This document shows, in pieces, positions 1 through 11,929 of a DNA stretch of 64,000 nt. Source of the stretch: Selaginella moellendorffii (lineage: Eukaryota; Plantae; Lycopodiophyta); contig NW_003314268.1 in NCBI RefSeq assembly GCF_000143415.4, forward strand, positions 1,348,672 through 1,412,671, written 5' to 3'. Position 1 is the stretch's first letter, and each line of letters begins with the position of its first letter. The notes under the pieces were generated by a model, which did no database searches, was not told where the DNA came from, and was given only the letters and a program-made list of their open reading frames with translations. The position numbers and the translations under genes are program-made.

Positions 1-54
1 CCATCTATGAAAGAACTCTGTTGGTTTTCCATTATTTCAAGAAGAGGTTCAAAT

Positions 55-250
55 ATATGGCTATGATACTATATACTAATAATAGTATAGTAGGATTTTA
101 ATAACTGTCGGATTGGTTTCAATCTAGACCATTCATTTTTTATATAAGTTAAGGTTTTTAGGCTAATTGATATGCACATTTTCCATATTCCCTTTCTATA
201 TCATAAATATTATAATATACATATAGCTTAATAAGGTTATGTTAAAATTT
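55..250 (+). repeat. Degenerate LTR-like fragment, similar to 17785-17900
   Basis: tatggctat...tactaat(a/t)agtatagt..ggatttt..taa..ttggtttcaatc(t/c)agacca...gatatgca..ttttccatattc is shared with the segment that follows a polypurine tract and TG at 17760-17772. Boundaries approximate. Confidence 0.5.
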
Positions 251-525
251 CTTAACCCCCATTGACTTTGCTACTGCCTTTTGATGCAACGCTAGTGCAA
301 AAGCTTTAAGCATTGCAAAAGCTCATTTTCCTTGTTATTGGCCTTATACCTAGCAAGTGTCATGCTCAGAATCAAGGAACTAATTACTTTGATACTATGT
401 TAATAGTGGAGAGATGTGCACAAGGAGGAAAAATTCTTTGTGTATTTCAACTATATATGGACGAATACATATACATAGAAATTTCTACCACATGGGCATA
501 ATTACATGCCACATCATCTATACCT

Positions 526-1193
526 CTAACACACTGCACCTTTGCAAATGGCAACATCTGGTGATGGAGGAGAGATCACCTCTCTCATCACGTCAGCATT
601 ACTCTGGTACTTCTCCATGATCTTTATCACGAGGTAAGGACGACTCTCTGAAAATCCGCCACCCAAAAAGACATGCTTGATCATCGTGTCATGAGAGGCA
701 ACCTTCTCCACCTCGGTGTCAAGGGTGGATCTCCTCATAATACTTCTCACCATGACCCTCTACGCATCCCAGCTGCCCATCAAATAGCTTCCATGGAAGC
801 TCAAACAGTTTGACACCAGTTCCATTGAAACTACTCTTTCCAAGCTCTGATGATGTTCTCTAGACACCCAATCTTTCTGATCAGTAAGTCGAGAAATTTC
901 TTGTCAACGTAAGTTCCTCCTCCCAGTCCCCCAGAACTGGCACCTTCATGTTTGGCACCTTCTCATTCGTGCATCACTCTCATCCGGATGGTGTGCGACG
1001 CTTCCACAACTGGCCAGATGGGAGTAGAAAACGTAGTCCCAAAATCCAAGCCCACTATCACCTTTGCTTGAAGAACGAGAGCTGGAAACCATAGCTGTGC
1101 CGCTACCACCACCCAAGACCGCCTAGAGCTTGTTTGACACCAATACGAGCCGAATCTCATTAATAAGCGAAATAACAGTCTGAAGGTCTTCAT
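526..1193 (-). pseudogene. Fragmented Hsp70-superfamily (HSPA12-like) pseudogene
   Basis: Collinear motifs VIVGLDFGTTFS (phosphate-1), SSGGLGGGTYVDKKFLDLL (~880-940), IKHVFLGGGFSESRPYL and PDVAICKGAV. Broken by stops and large internal deletions. Confidence 0.7.
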
Positions 1194-1554
1194 GATCTTC
1201 TTTTGTTGATAGAGAAAACCCTGGCAATATTTTCTTTGTGTTCAGCCATCATGTTTATTGCTACCATCTCTGAGATCAACGCAGTCGAGATTCTAGGGCT
1301 GGAAATATCAAAAGTACCAACAAAGATCTTTGTCAAGAGGTAAGCAAATCGGCTTGACGTTGGGAGCTACACAGCTTTTCCCAACTCCGTCTCAAAGATG
1401 TTCTTCACTAAGCTTGATCTTGTAATAGTCCTCGTCGTCCTGCGATTCTTCCACAGCTTCAAACACCTTGAAATCATCTTAGGAACAAATTACCGTGGTT
1501 TGGAAATTATAAAAGAGGAAAAACAGGACTTTCGAGTTTACCTCCACGTAAAAA

Positions 1555-2222
1555 TCACGTTATTTTGAGGAAGGGAGTCCATCTCCCTTGAATGCTCTTT
1601 CTTGTGGAGATCTCTCTCGTTCTCCTCTTGATCGGTCTCCGCCCAACCAGGTTGCGCAGCCTCTTGGCTTGAACCAGGCAATCTTCGGCGCTTAAGTTCC
1701 TGAGACCAATCGTCCTCTCCCTTTTGTTCACTGCTCGAAACAGAGAAAACCGAAATGAGAAACGCAGAGATGCAAAGAAAGCAATGTAGGCAAAGATGAA
1801 ACAGGAGATGAGAACACATGAGAAACACAAAGAAAAATATAAGAGAACAGAAAAAGAAAAGCCAAAAGAGTGGATGCACGTAAACACAGACAAGCTGAGA
1901 ACACACCCGGAAGAACATGAAGAACACAACAAGAATATAAAAGAGGAGTAAAAACCACTTGTAGAGCTCTAAAACACTCACGAAAGAATGCCTCGAGATA
2001 AGGATCCTGGTGAGGGCGCCACTTCGCCTCGATTTCGATCTGTGGATTCGCCTTGGCGAAGCGCGGCAGGAGCGTCTCCACGAAATCCCTAGAGAAAACG
2101 AATGTAGGCGCTTGCAACCGCGGTCATCGTCATCGTCAGTACCTCGCGCCTCGCGAGCCGCCGGATCGCTTGCAGTAGTGGACCAGGAGCTTCTTGAGCT
2201 GCCAGACGCCGCGCAGCGCCAT
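1555..2222 (-). CDS. MRPL43: Mitochondrial ribosomal protein L43 (L51/S25/CI-B8 domain); exons 2222-2143, 2088-1982, 1730-1555
   Basis: Spliced product MALRGVWQLKKLLVHYCKRSGGSRGARDFVETLLPRFAKANPQIEI...LRNLVGRR..KSIQGRWT. GT-AG introns keep the frame. Confidence 0.93.
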
Positions 2223-2331
2223 TGCCCCTCGCTTAAACCCTAGAAAATCTTCCAACTAGGGCTTATGCATTCTCTCAATAACTATATGAATGCTTCATGA
2301 TTTTATTGGTGCTTTGAGACTCCTACATTGT

Positions 2332-2751
2332 CTATGGAAAAGACTTTTTCTTGTCTTGATCCATGGACTTCTTGTCCTCCTCCCCCTTGTGATCACCATC
2401 CATAGTTTTATCATCCTGCTCCTTCTGTTCATGATCCATGGATTTCTTGTCATCCTCCTCCTCCTTGTGATCACCATCCATAGACTTGTTCTTGCAGAAA
2501 ATATTGATATTAATGTTGATGTTGTTGTTGTTGTTGTTGTTGCTCCTCCTCTTGTGCTTGATTTGGCCATCACCACTTTGCTCCCAATCATCCATCTCTG
2601 AAGGATTCACAAGTGAAGAATTGGACGCTGGCTCCACAGCTGCTGAAACCCCATAGACCTCAACTTCATCTAAACTACTTGAAGAAGAAGAAGAAAATGC
2701 AATCTGGAAAGTAACCACTGCAAACACTACGAACACTAAAGCAGCCTTCAT
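2332..2751 (-). CDS. Orphan secreted protein (139 aa) with signal peptide, poly-Asn and four acidic K(S/T)MD repeats
   Basis: ATG at 2751 gives MKAALVFVVFAVVTFQIAFS (signal-like). TATA-like gtatatatag ~75 bp upstream. Single exon. Repeats KSMDGDHKEEEDD / KSMDHEQKEQDD / KTMDGDHKGEED / KSMDQD. Confidence 0.65.
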   Translation of the reverse strand: MKAALVFVVFAVVTFQIAFSSSSSSSLDEVEVYGVSAAVEPASNSSLVNPSEMDDWEQSGDGQIKHKRRSNNNNNNNINININIFCKNKSMDGDHKEEEDDKKSMDHEQKEQDDKTMDGDHKGEEDKKSMDQDKKKSFP

Positions 2752-3125
2752 GGTGAGAGTAATCACAGCGAGCTTGATTGAGCCTATTGGATTGGTGATT
2801 AATTGCTGGAGGCTTGAGACCCTATATATACCTAAACTATGCATGCTAGCAATTGCCAAGTGGTCCTTTTCTCCATGCAATGCATATTATGTTTCTACCA
2901 TGGCAAAACTTTGTCTATAATCTTGCTGTGATGGCCATTGTTTTTTTTTTTTTTATCAAATCCAACTGCTATCAACATGGAGTCTCAGTGGCGGGTACCC
3001 CTGAAGCACCGCAGCAAAGCTGAGAGTTTGGAAGACTCTTTCCGCGTGAGAAAAGTTCGAGCAGCGCTCCCACAACTAAGAAAAGTCCTCGCTTATTCTT
3101 CGTTTGTTCTGCAAGGCTCTTCGCT

Positions 3126-4037
3126 TTAGCTGAATTGCCGGCCCGAGTAGGACTGTCCAAACTGCCAGTTGCGAGGAAAAACATCGTACGAGATGAGAGA
3201 TCCTCCCATGCTGGGTGTGAGCAGAAAGGAGAGGGACTGGCCGACTAGAACTCCATGGTATTCCCAATTCGATCCCCAGTTCCTCTTCATTGGGAGCCAG
3301 CCGGTGTTGGAGCCTTTGATCGACACGGCTCTCAAATCCCCCCATCCGGCAACGTTTTTTATGAGAACCAAGTTGAAGTTTGGGTTGCCGTTCATGGTGA
3401 AGATGATCCCACCTTGCTTGTAGCACTTGACCCTGATAGACCATCACCACATCATCAATTCCGTCATCAAAATCAAAGTCCTGGAGAAAAAACAAACAGG
3501 AAAAAGGAAGCTTTTGCGTCTACCTTCTGTACTGAACTGGGACGATCCCTCCTTGGTAAATGGCCATTTGCTCCCAGACTGGCTGGGAGAGATCGAAGTG
3601 CTCCCTGGGTGTGTTGCACCAGCCCCCATTGTCGCTTGGGAGGGCGTTGTTCGGGGGGCAAAAGTTCGTGGCGGTGACGGTGACCGACTTTCCGGGACGA
3701 CACCATCTCGAGTTGACGCACTGCATCTGGAAGCAAGCTCCGCAGGTAGCTCCCCCATTGAACAAGGCGGTGCTCAACGCCGCGGTGTTGACTCCATAGC
3801 CAGCACTAAGCACGTTTCCATAGCCGCAAGCACCACCTTCAAGAAACAAAAGACCACTTTTGTCAGCAAAAACTAATCGCAAGAGGAACTTCACTTCGCC
3901 ATACCCATTGTTCCCGAGGCATCGCTGCCCCCGTAGAATGTAGCATGAGCGTTGCTCCATTGTTGCGCAGCTGCGAGATTGAGAGCCACGAACAATAGCA
4001 GCGCAGCCGGAAGAAAAACTGCCGAAAAGAAGTCCAT
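3126..4037 (-). CDS. EXPA: Alpha-expansin; exons 4037-3905, 3836-3524, 3432-3126
   Basis: [48 protein letters not shown] motifs. Two introns at the usual EXPA positions. Confidence 0.97.
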
Positions 4038-4891
4038 CTTCCTTCCTTTGCTGCTACTGCTGCCACTGCCTCCGGATAAGAGGAGAACGAGGAGGGATAT
4101 CTTGCCTCTCTGAGAGCTGCGAGCTTCCACCCTCCTTAAATACTCCGATTCTTCCAGAAGCCATTTTCGTGACTTCCATCTCAGCTCTTGGCGCCGCCGC
4201 CGCCGCCCCGGCACGTTCCGTACTATTTATCTATCTGATATCGTCACAACGACCATCCACCTCCATTACCGGCTTCAACTTCTCAACTTCTCGTGGGATC
4301 GTGCGCATCGAGCACGCAAAATCTCCTTTTTTCTTCGTCCATTTTTCCCATCCCCTGGAGCTCTGACTGTGAGATGATTTCCCAGCTCTTCGAGTCTTGC
4401 GACTGGAGAGAAAACTAATATCCACTTGCCACATGAGTGCAGTTGACGCGCGAGCTGCGACTGTGACATGTTTTGCACCTCCTCTTTCCTGTCGTAATTA
4501 AATCCCGGATAACTTGTCGTGCACAGGCCTCAGCCCCCACCACTCGGTACGTACTCGATTGTCTCTTTGGATACGAATCGGTGCTCACCGCTTAAAGAAA
4601 GCGAATTCCCCGACTTAAGAAAATCGCCACCTCGAGACTTTTACGCACGATCCCAAAGACCAATCATAAGTCCTCACTCATTGAAGCCTGCAGCAGCCTG
4701 GAAGCACCTCCTGGATTCTCTTCCAACTTGAAGAGAATCCCCTGTGAAAAGGATGGCGAATCTCCTCAAGCTCTACAGACCAGATCCGTAAAACTTTCTG
4801 ACTGGAGATGAAAGCTGTTCCCTGGACTTTTGCTGCCTGTCGAGTGACGCTCAAACCACCTAGTAAACTGAACTGAAACTTGCATGCCAAA

Positions 4892-6247
4892 CTACTCCAG
4901 CTCCGCTACGATCCTCTTCTTTCTCGCTGCCTCACGAGGCATGCTCCCGGGAGCACTGTGTGCTCTCTTCCTGCTCTCCTTCTTTCTGGCCGCCTCGGTC
5001 ATTTCCTGCCTCAACTTCTTCGCCTTGAAAACCGCCTTGGGAAGCTGCCTGTGCCTGTCAATCCTCTTGACTTCGTCCAAATGTTTGTACCGCTGCTTCA
5101 CGGCGTCAAGGTATTCGTGCTTGGCCCTTTCTCTCGGAAGTAGCACGCCGAGCTGCTCCGATGCTTTGGCCTTCCACAGACGGATGTTGGTGTCATCGCT
5201 GCCGGACATCACGTACGTCGCGTCCCCACTGAACCTGACGCTGAAAACACGTTGCATGCGCTTCGTGTGGTAAATCTCCCTGCTGTGGCCACCATTGTAG
5301 GAGAAAATCCTCACCGTCCTGTCGTAAGACCCCGTCACAAACTCCCTCCCAGTCGGGGAGAAATCCACGTCCATCACCGCCGAGACGTGATCCTTGTGGA
5401 TACACTTCGCAAACTTGAGCTTCCTCATGTCGTAAGTGTAGCAGTTGCAGTCCTCGTTGGCGGCCGTGAAGTTGAAAGGCTCGCGAGGATTCCAAGCAAC
5501 CGCGTTCGTTCTAGTCTGCATGACAAGCTTCCGCAGTGGAGTGTTCATCCTCAAGTCGTAGAGGCAGATGCTTCGATCACTCCCCGTGGTGACGAACACG
5601 TCCGGCTCGGCCGGATCAAACTTCACCGATACCACTGTCTCGGATCCCCAGGAAAAGCTCGTCATTGCTTCGGACCTGTTATAGTCCCACACCGAAACGT
5701 TGGCTCCAGCAGTAGCAAAGACTTTCTTCTCCCACTGGTGATCCACTGCTCGGAAAGAGTTCTTGTCCTGGAAAACCATCACAGGTTCGCAGTGCTTCAC
5801 GCCACCCGAGACCTCTCCAATCTCCGCCGCTGGAAGCTCCCAGAGCCGAGCAGTGCAATCGTCTCCACAGGTAACCAGGAAATCTCCATCGCTGGAAATG
5901 GAGACCCCTCTCACGGCCCCATTGTGGCCTGGAAACTCTGCCACGGTCTTGCGATAGGCGAGATCCCAGAGGCGGACATCTCCATCCATGGCGCCCGAGA
6001 CGAGGCAATTGAGGCGGCTGGGATTCTTGGCCATGCACGAGACGCCGTCCCTGTGATCCGACAGCGCGCCGATGAAGGGCTTGGCGAAGATCTTGTCGAG
6101 CTTGACGGCATTGAGCGCGCGCGTGTACTCCTGGGCGCGCTCCATCGGGTGGAGGCGGGGATCGAGGTTGCGGAATACCTTGGTGACATCCTGGGATCGC
6201 TCGCGAGTGAACGCCTCCTCCGATCGAGAGATCACTCTCACCTTCAT
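4892..6247 (-). CDS. DCAF13: DCAF13/Sof1 WD40 SSU-processome protein, intronless
   Basis: 451 aa. RNLDPRLHPMERAQEYTRALNAVKLDKIFAKPF, WD40 repeats, SREIYHTKRMQRVF and the C-terminal Sof1 domain. Confidence 0.96.
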   Translation of the reverse strand: MKVRVISRSEEAFTRERSQDVTKVFRNLDPRLHPMERAQEYTRALNAVKLDKIFAKPFIGALSDHRDGVSCMAKNPSRLNCLVSGAMDGDVRLWDLAYRKTVAEFPGHNGAVRGVSISSDGDFLVTCGDDCTARLWELPAAEIGEVSGGVKHCEPVMVFQDKNSFRAVDHQWEKKVFATAGANVSVWDYNRSEAMTSFSWGSETVVSVKFDPAEPDVFVTTGSDRSICLYDLRMNTPLRKLVMQTRTNAVAWNPREPFNFTAANEDCNCYTYDMRKLKFAKCIHKDHVSAVMDVDFSPTGREFVTGSYDRTVRIFSYNGGHSREIYHTKRMQRVFSVRFSGDATYVMSGSDDTNIRLWKAKASEQLGVLLPRERAKHEYLDAVKQRYKHLDEVKRIDRHRQLPKAVFKAKKLRQEMTEAARKKESRKRAHSAPGSMPREAARKKRIVAELE

Positions 6248-6385
6248 CGTCGCCCAAACCCTGGAAAAACCCTAAGGCGCTAGACCTAAAAGGAATATTT
6301 CTTTTGCCCCCTTTCTCCCTTTCAAAGTTTAGGGCTCTTGTTCCTTTTTACCCCTTTTCAAACTTTTAGGGTTCTTGGGTATTCT
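6248..6385. promoter_or_regulatory. Short bidirectional promoter with telo-boxes
   Basis: 138 bp between divergent ATGs. AAACCCTAA at 6267-6275 and TTTAGGG(C/T)T near 6330 and 6365. Confidence 0.55.
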
Positions 6386-8074
6386 ATGATCGAGGGGAGA
6401 AATCAAACACTCCGGGCGATTCAATCGTGCACCAAGCTCTCCGCGGCGTCGACGCTCCACTCCCGCATTCGCGACCTCGTCCGCGACGACGATGTCTTCC
6501 TTCTCAACAAGCTGATCGAGATGTATGGGCGATGCGGCAGCTCCAGCGACGCGCGCCGGGTCTTCGACGCCCTCCACGGCTCCAGAAATCTCGATCTCTT
6601 CTCATGGAATCTCATGATCGTGGCCTACATCCGCAATGGCGGGATCAATCGAGCGAGGGAGCTCTGGGACGCGATGCCGGTGAGGAGCTCGGTGGCTTGC
6701 ACGGCGATGATCGTTTCGTATGGGCAGAGTGGAGATCTTCACAAGGCGGAGGAGATTTTCACTCTCGCGATCGAGAAGGATGTTCTTTGCTGGACTGCGA
6801 TGCTGGAAGCATATGCCCAGAATGGGCATCTGGAGGAATCGACAAGGGTGTTTGATTCTATGCCTTTTTGGGACACTGTTTCGTGCACCGCTATGCTGGT
6901 TGCATACTCGGAGCTTGCTAGTCTTGGAGAATCGAAAAGGATATTTTCTATGATCAAAGAGAAGAACATTGTCTCGTGGACAGCGATGATCACAGCATTT
7001 GCCCGGAATGGGGAGTTTGCGTCATCAAAAGAGGTATTTGATCGAATGCCTTTGCACAACTTGGTTTCTTGGAACTCACTCTTGACTTCTTTTGCACAAA
7101 ACAGGAACTGCGAGGAGGTGGAAAACTTCTTCTCTTCGATTCCCGAGTGGGACATGGTGTCTTGGAACGTCCTCGCTGCTGCGTTTGCGAAGGAAGGGCG
7201 ATTGGACGAAGCTATGGAGGTTTTCCATCGCATGCCCGAGCAGGACTTGGCTTCCTGGAGCTTGATGATCACTTGCAGCATCGAAAAGGGCCGGTTTGAT
7301 CAAGCGAGAGCGCTCTACTGGTCGATGCCCGAGCAAGATCTGGTGCTCGTCACCACGCTCATCAGTGCTTTCTCTCAGCAAGGCCACCTCGAGGAAGCAA
7401 AGTTTATGTTTGATACGCTTCCACAGAAGAACCTCGTGGCCTGGAACTCCATCCTGGGAGCTTACGTTCGTCACGGCCTGGTGGAAGAATCAAAGGAGCT
7501 CTTTGATGCCATGCCGGAGCGAGACTCCTTCTCCTGGACTTCGATCCTCGCGGCTTACTTCCAAGCAGGAGATCTCGTCACTGCCAGAAGAATGTTCGAG
7601 GCAATGCTGGATCGAAACTCGGTGTCCTGGACGGCGATGCTTGCGGCCTACGCTCAAAACGGACTTCCCGACGAGGCATTCGAGATATTCCACTCGATGA
7701 AGCTCGCTCACGCCTTGGACGATGTTTGTTTCGTCTCGGTGCTCGTTGCGAGCAGCCACGCAGGGAAAGTCTACGATGCGAGGCAGTGGTTTCTCTCGAT
7801 GATCATGGACTATGGGATCGAGCCTTCCAAGCACCATTTTTCGTGCATGGTGGACATACTTGCTCGAGCCGGGCACTTGGTGGAGGCGAGAGAGCTCATC
7901 GCGGACATGCCGTTTGTGCCGGATGGTGTCGAGTGGAAGTCCTTGCTGGGAGCTTGTAGAGGCCGGAACGATGTCAGGCACGGGAAGAAAGCCGTGACGA
8001 GCGTTTTGAGCTCCGGAGACATGGGAGACTCGGCTGTGTACGTGCTTCTGTCAAACATGCAAGCTTTCGCGTGA
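6386..8074 (+). CDS. PLS-class PPR protein (short 31-aa repeat array plus E domain, no DYW)
   Basis: Repeated F..MP.(R/K)(D/N)(L/V)VSW motifs. HFSCMVDILARAGHL and PFVPDGVEWKSLLGAC..YVLLSN (E domain). First ATG at 6386. Confidence 0.93.
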   Translation: MIEGRNQTLRAIQSCTKLSAASTLHSRIRDLVRDDDVFLLNKLIEMYGRCGSSSDARRVFDALHGSRNLDLFSWNLMIVAYIRNGGINRARELWDAMPVRSSVACTAMIVSYGQSGDLHKAEEIFTLAIEKDVLCWTAMLEAYAQNGHLEESTRVFDSMPFWDTVSCTAMLVAYSELASLGESKRIFSMIKEKNIVSWTAMITAFARNGEFASSKEVFDRMPLHNLVSWNSLLTSFAQNRNCEEVENFFSSIPEWDMVSWNVLAAAFAKEGRLDEAMEVFHRMPEQDLASWSLMITCSIEKGRFDQARALYWSMPEQDLVLVTTLISAFSQQGHLEEAKFMFDTLPQKNLVAWNSILGAYVRHGLVEESKELFDAMPERDSFSWTSILAAYFQAGDLVTARRMFEAMLDRNSVSWTAMLAAYAQNGLPDEAFEIFHSMKLAHALDDVCFVSVLVASSHAGKVYDARQWFLSMIMDYGIEPSKHHFSCMVDILARAGHLVEARELIADMPFVPDGVEWKSLLGACRGRNDVRHGKKAVTSVLSSGDMGDSAVYVLLSNMQAFA

Positions 8075-9526
8075 TTGAGAACGATTAATATCGACTCAGA
8101 GGTAAGGTTTGGATTTTGTTTTGTTGAAAATCGTTTTGACCGTAATGTTGAGCAGCAGCAAGATGGAAGACACTCTGCAAAAGACAAAACTACACGAGTT
8201 AGAGGTAACCTTTCTTTCCTAGAGAGAAGCGAGTAACACGATTGAGAGCAGTGCAAGGCGGAGCCAAAGCCGCAATCGCGGCTATGTCCAAGCAAGCAAG
8301 AATCCGGTGAGGCCACCAGAACTCGTCCAGACTAGGCGATCCTCCACTTCGAGCTGCAAGCTCAGAAGGCTTGGATGTGGCAAACAAGGTGGTGGAATTT
8401 TGTTTTATCCAAAGACGCATTGCGGTTTGAGATACACTGGGAATTGGAATCGCTTATGGTTTTCCAATTTAGGTAGCTTCTTATCCCCTCTTCTCACACT
8501 GCAAGTGTGGATAAAAAGAGGCAGTATGGTCCTTTGACCTATAGTGCATTCGTTTGGTTTTGAGAGGTGGGTGCTCAATGTCTACGTTTCTTATGGTTAT
8601 GTGCCTTATGTGCCATAACCACTCTTTTAGTTGGCAGTGATTAAGTTCTCTTACCCTCCATAAACCAACAACTCATGGATGATGGAGAAAGTTGTTAACA
8701 TTTGCAAGGAGTTAAACTGTTCTTTTGCCAGATTGTAAGTTTAACAATTTAGAAAGTATGAAGATTCTATGTAACCAAACTCTTTCCATGACAAGGTGAA
8801 TTGTTTTTTTTTTTTTAGCATTATGTTCATTTCAAATTTAAATAATTTTTTAGGCTCTTACACTCAAAATATAGAGTAACATCTTGTCTCCAAAGGCTAT
8901 GTAGAAGCAATCATGAGAAGCACTACTGATGGCAAGGCAAAATGAAAAATTAGTGATTTAGATGTTTTCAATCTTGCTACTATTAATGCATGACAGCCAA
9001 ATATTGCTAAATTTTTTCTAACAATAGATGATTGATTGGTTCTTCAAAACATTTTAAAAAGAATATAGTAAGACAGAATGCATTCTTAATGTTGTGATAT
9101 AAATAGTTTTTATGTGTGTATTTCTAGGGATTGAAATAATGTCATGATTATGTTGGGGATATCATTTTCTAACATATAAGTATCACAAAATGCTTGTGAG
9201 CTTAAAGCCATTTCTACAAGATAAGTTAGAAGTGAATTGGAAACTTAACAAATTGTGATCTATCTTGGGAAGGAAGTTAAGATTAAAAGTATTTTTTATC
9301 ATAAATCATGTGTTTGAGTTAACCATGAAGGCTTTGGAAATCTAATATACTTGAAGTGTGCTTCAATTCCTATGGAAAATGATTTTATAATACAAGTTAC
9401 TTACTAAGTGAAGTTTGATAATAAAGGTGGTGTTATTAGAAGTTTAAGAGTGTTTGCATCTACTAGTCATCAACTGAATACTTGTAGCATATGTGATTAT
9501 AAGATAAAATTTGTATATACTATCAT

Positions 9527-9945
9527 TTGGAACCTTGGGGGATAAATAAGGATAAAATAATTATTAAGGGTTTTCTCATTAAGCAATTACCTTTTTTTCA
9601 ATTGGTTTAAGGGGAGAAATATAAAGCATGTTACATGGCTCAATTCTCAATTCTCATGGCTATTTAAAAAATAAATCTAGTCAATAATCAATAAGGATAT
9701 AAGTGTAGCATATATGTGGATGAAGGTATAAATGAGGATATAATAGCCATTAAGAAGTCTCTCATCAAGAAATTGCCCCTTTTCTAGTTGGCTTAAGAAA
9801 AAAAAGATAGGGTGCACTATAATACTTTATCATTGCTTATTTTCTAGTTGATTTAAGGGGAGAGAGATAGAGTGCACTACAATACTTTATTATTGAATTA
9901 CCCACTTTCCAATTGGTTTAAAGGGAGAGAAATAGGGTGCATTAC
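9527..9945 (+). repeat. Degenerate LTR-end fragments, including three ~60-bp tandem units ending g(g/a)gtgca(c/t)ta(c/t)a
   Basis: Units tttctagttg..ttaagggga.aga.atag.gtgcactac repeated across 9770-9945. 9527-9638 is an inverted copy of 11672-11783. Confidence 0.6.
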
Positions 9946-11659
9946 AAAAAAAACAACAAAAACACTAAAAGTTATGAATATAATAAGTGACGAAGTAGAT
10001 GTTTTAGAAGAGGTGGAAAGTAATATCATTTCTAATGATGAAAAACTAGTAGCATCATTGGAACTATGACATATTTTTGATAGTATGGTTGATAAAGAAA
10101 AAGCATTGCCTCAACCTTAAATGCCATAGTAAAAAAACATTTAAGCCATTTATGGAAGTTGATTCCAAAAAAATTGTTAAAAACACTCTTGTTATGCATT
10201 TGAATAAGAATTCCTTTTTTATTCAAAAATAGATTGGCATAATGAGTTTATGATACATAATCACAATTGCAAGCTAAAACAATAGTAAGTCTTGGATATG
10301 GAGTTCTTTAAAACAACATGGTATATTGGCTAAGTGCTATCATCATTAACTTAGATGACACATATCTTCATTGGTAAAAAAGGAAGCAACTAGTGTGGAT
10401 ACATAATTGGGAATATCATAAAAGAGTCACTTTGGAATCAATTATTAACTTGGTCAATATGACCTTTCAACCATTAATCAAGACTTATTTGTTAAATCAA
10501 AGTGATGAAGAAAAAGTAAAAGAATTTATCTTGAACTCTGGTAATAAGCATACACCACAACTAGTCCATGAAAATGGTAAATATATTTTGTGTAGAGGAG
10601 ACATCAATACTTACCATCACAAACAATAAAAAGATAAGAAAGATAAAAAAAGTTTACCCTTTATGGAATGTTGTATAGAATATTGTTAAAAGCGTTTATG
10701 AGTCATTATAATCCTCTTTTCTAAGCTATTAGAGGAAAGAGTTAACTATTGTGACAAACCATTAAAAGGTATAACCTAAACAACTAGATTCTCTCTTCTC
10801 TTAGACTATCTAGTTCTATAATTAACACTATAGCTTCCTTCATTCCACTTATTGCTTCACTATTTCCCATCATTCCACCATAATTAAATCTAGAATTACC
10901 AATCATTGTCTCCACCACCACTATTAATCCTACCATTACTATTGTATCTATCTATACTCCTAGTTCTCCAAATACTATTTGGCTAACTAGAGTATGAATT
11001 AATATAACTTGAGCTATAACTATTTATATTACCACCATTGCTGTCAATATATCCTTTATTACTAGATAAAGTTTATGTATAATCCCAATATGAAGTTATT
11101 GGAATGTGGTTATGGATTTGATGAACTTTAAATGCATAAGACATTATAATGAGATCAATATCTATTCTATCACTTATGAAATGACAATGATGAGTGCTTA
11201 AATTTTGTAGCACATGTGGTTTTCACTTTTGTCCCTATAGTGATGTACCATAGGATTATAATAAAATAGAACTTAAACCTTTGCAATGGTAATAGAGTGG
11301 AATTTAAATTTTAGGGCCTTAGGCCACTAAAGGAAGGGACAAAGCCAAACTCTTAAACATAGAGCTAAGGAATGGAACTAAAGCATACCTAAATATTATA
11401 GTAGATTACATTGATATTTTTTTACCACAGTCCCATGGTGAATAACTTTGTTCGTGGATGCTCCACAAGAGGAAGGATAATTTCAAATTTAGGAGTAGGA
11501 ACATCCACTCGTACCACAATCTCATAGTAGATACCTTTATCCCTAGATGTTCCACAAAAGGAAAGACAATTTAAAATTTAGGGGTAGGAATATACTTTAT
11601 TCAAAGGTATTTATATTTTAAGTAATCACTAATTAATGGGAATTGAGTAAGTGCCATTT

Positions 11660-11783
11660 GCTCTAATACCACATATAACGCATTCTATTTCTCTCCCCTT
11701 AATCTAATTTGAAAAAGGGCAATTGCTTGATAAAAGAGTTTTTTAGTAGCTATTTTATCCCCATTTATCCCCTAAGATTCTAA
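11660..11783 (-). mobile_element. LTR 3' end followed by tRNA-iMet PBS (relic retrotransposon, minus strand)
   Basis: Minus strand reads ...agaatgcgttata tg TGGTATTAGAGC, one mismatch to TGGTATCAGAGC. Homologous to 9527-9638. Confidence 0.55.
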
Positions 11784-11929
11784 GAAAATACGGTGATATT
11801 GAAAGAGCTTTTGCTAATGCATGATTAAGGCATCAACTTATATAATAATTTAAGACTCAAATTATGAAGCAATAATAAAGAATCATTATGAAAGTTTAAG
11901 GTCTTAGTGAGCAGTATTCAAAGGATTTA

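Noticed and set aside
1320-1480. VKPICLP trypsin-like motif on the minus strand
   Set aside because: Isolated short match with an in-frame stop and no catalytic motifs.
8850-9520. AT-rich stretch with coding-like remnants
   Set aside because: Too degenerate to assign to any family by eye.
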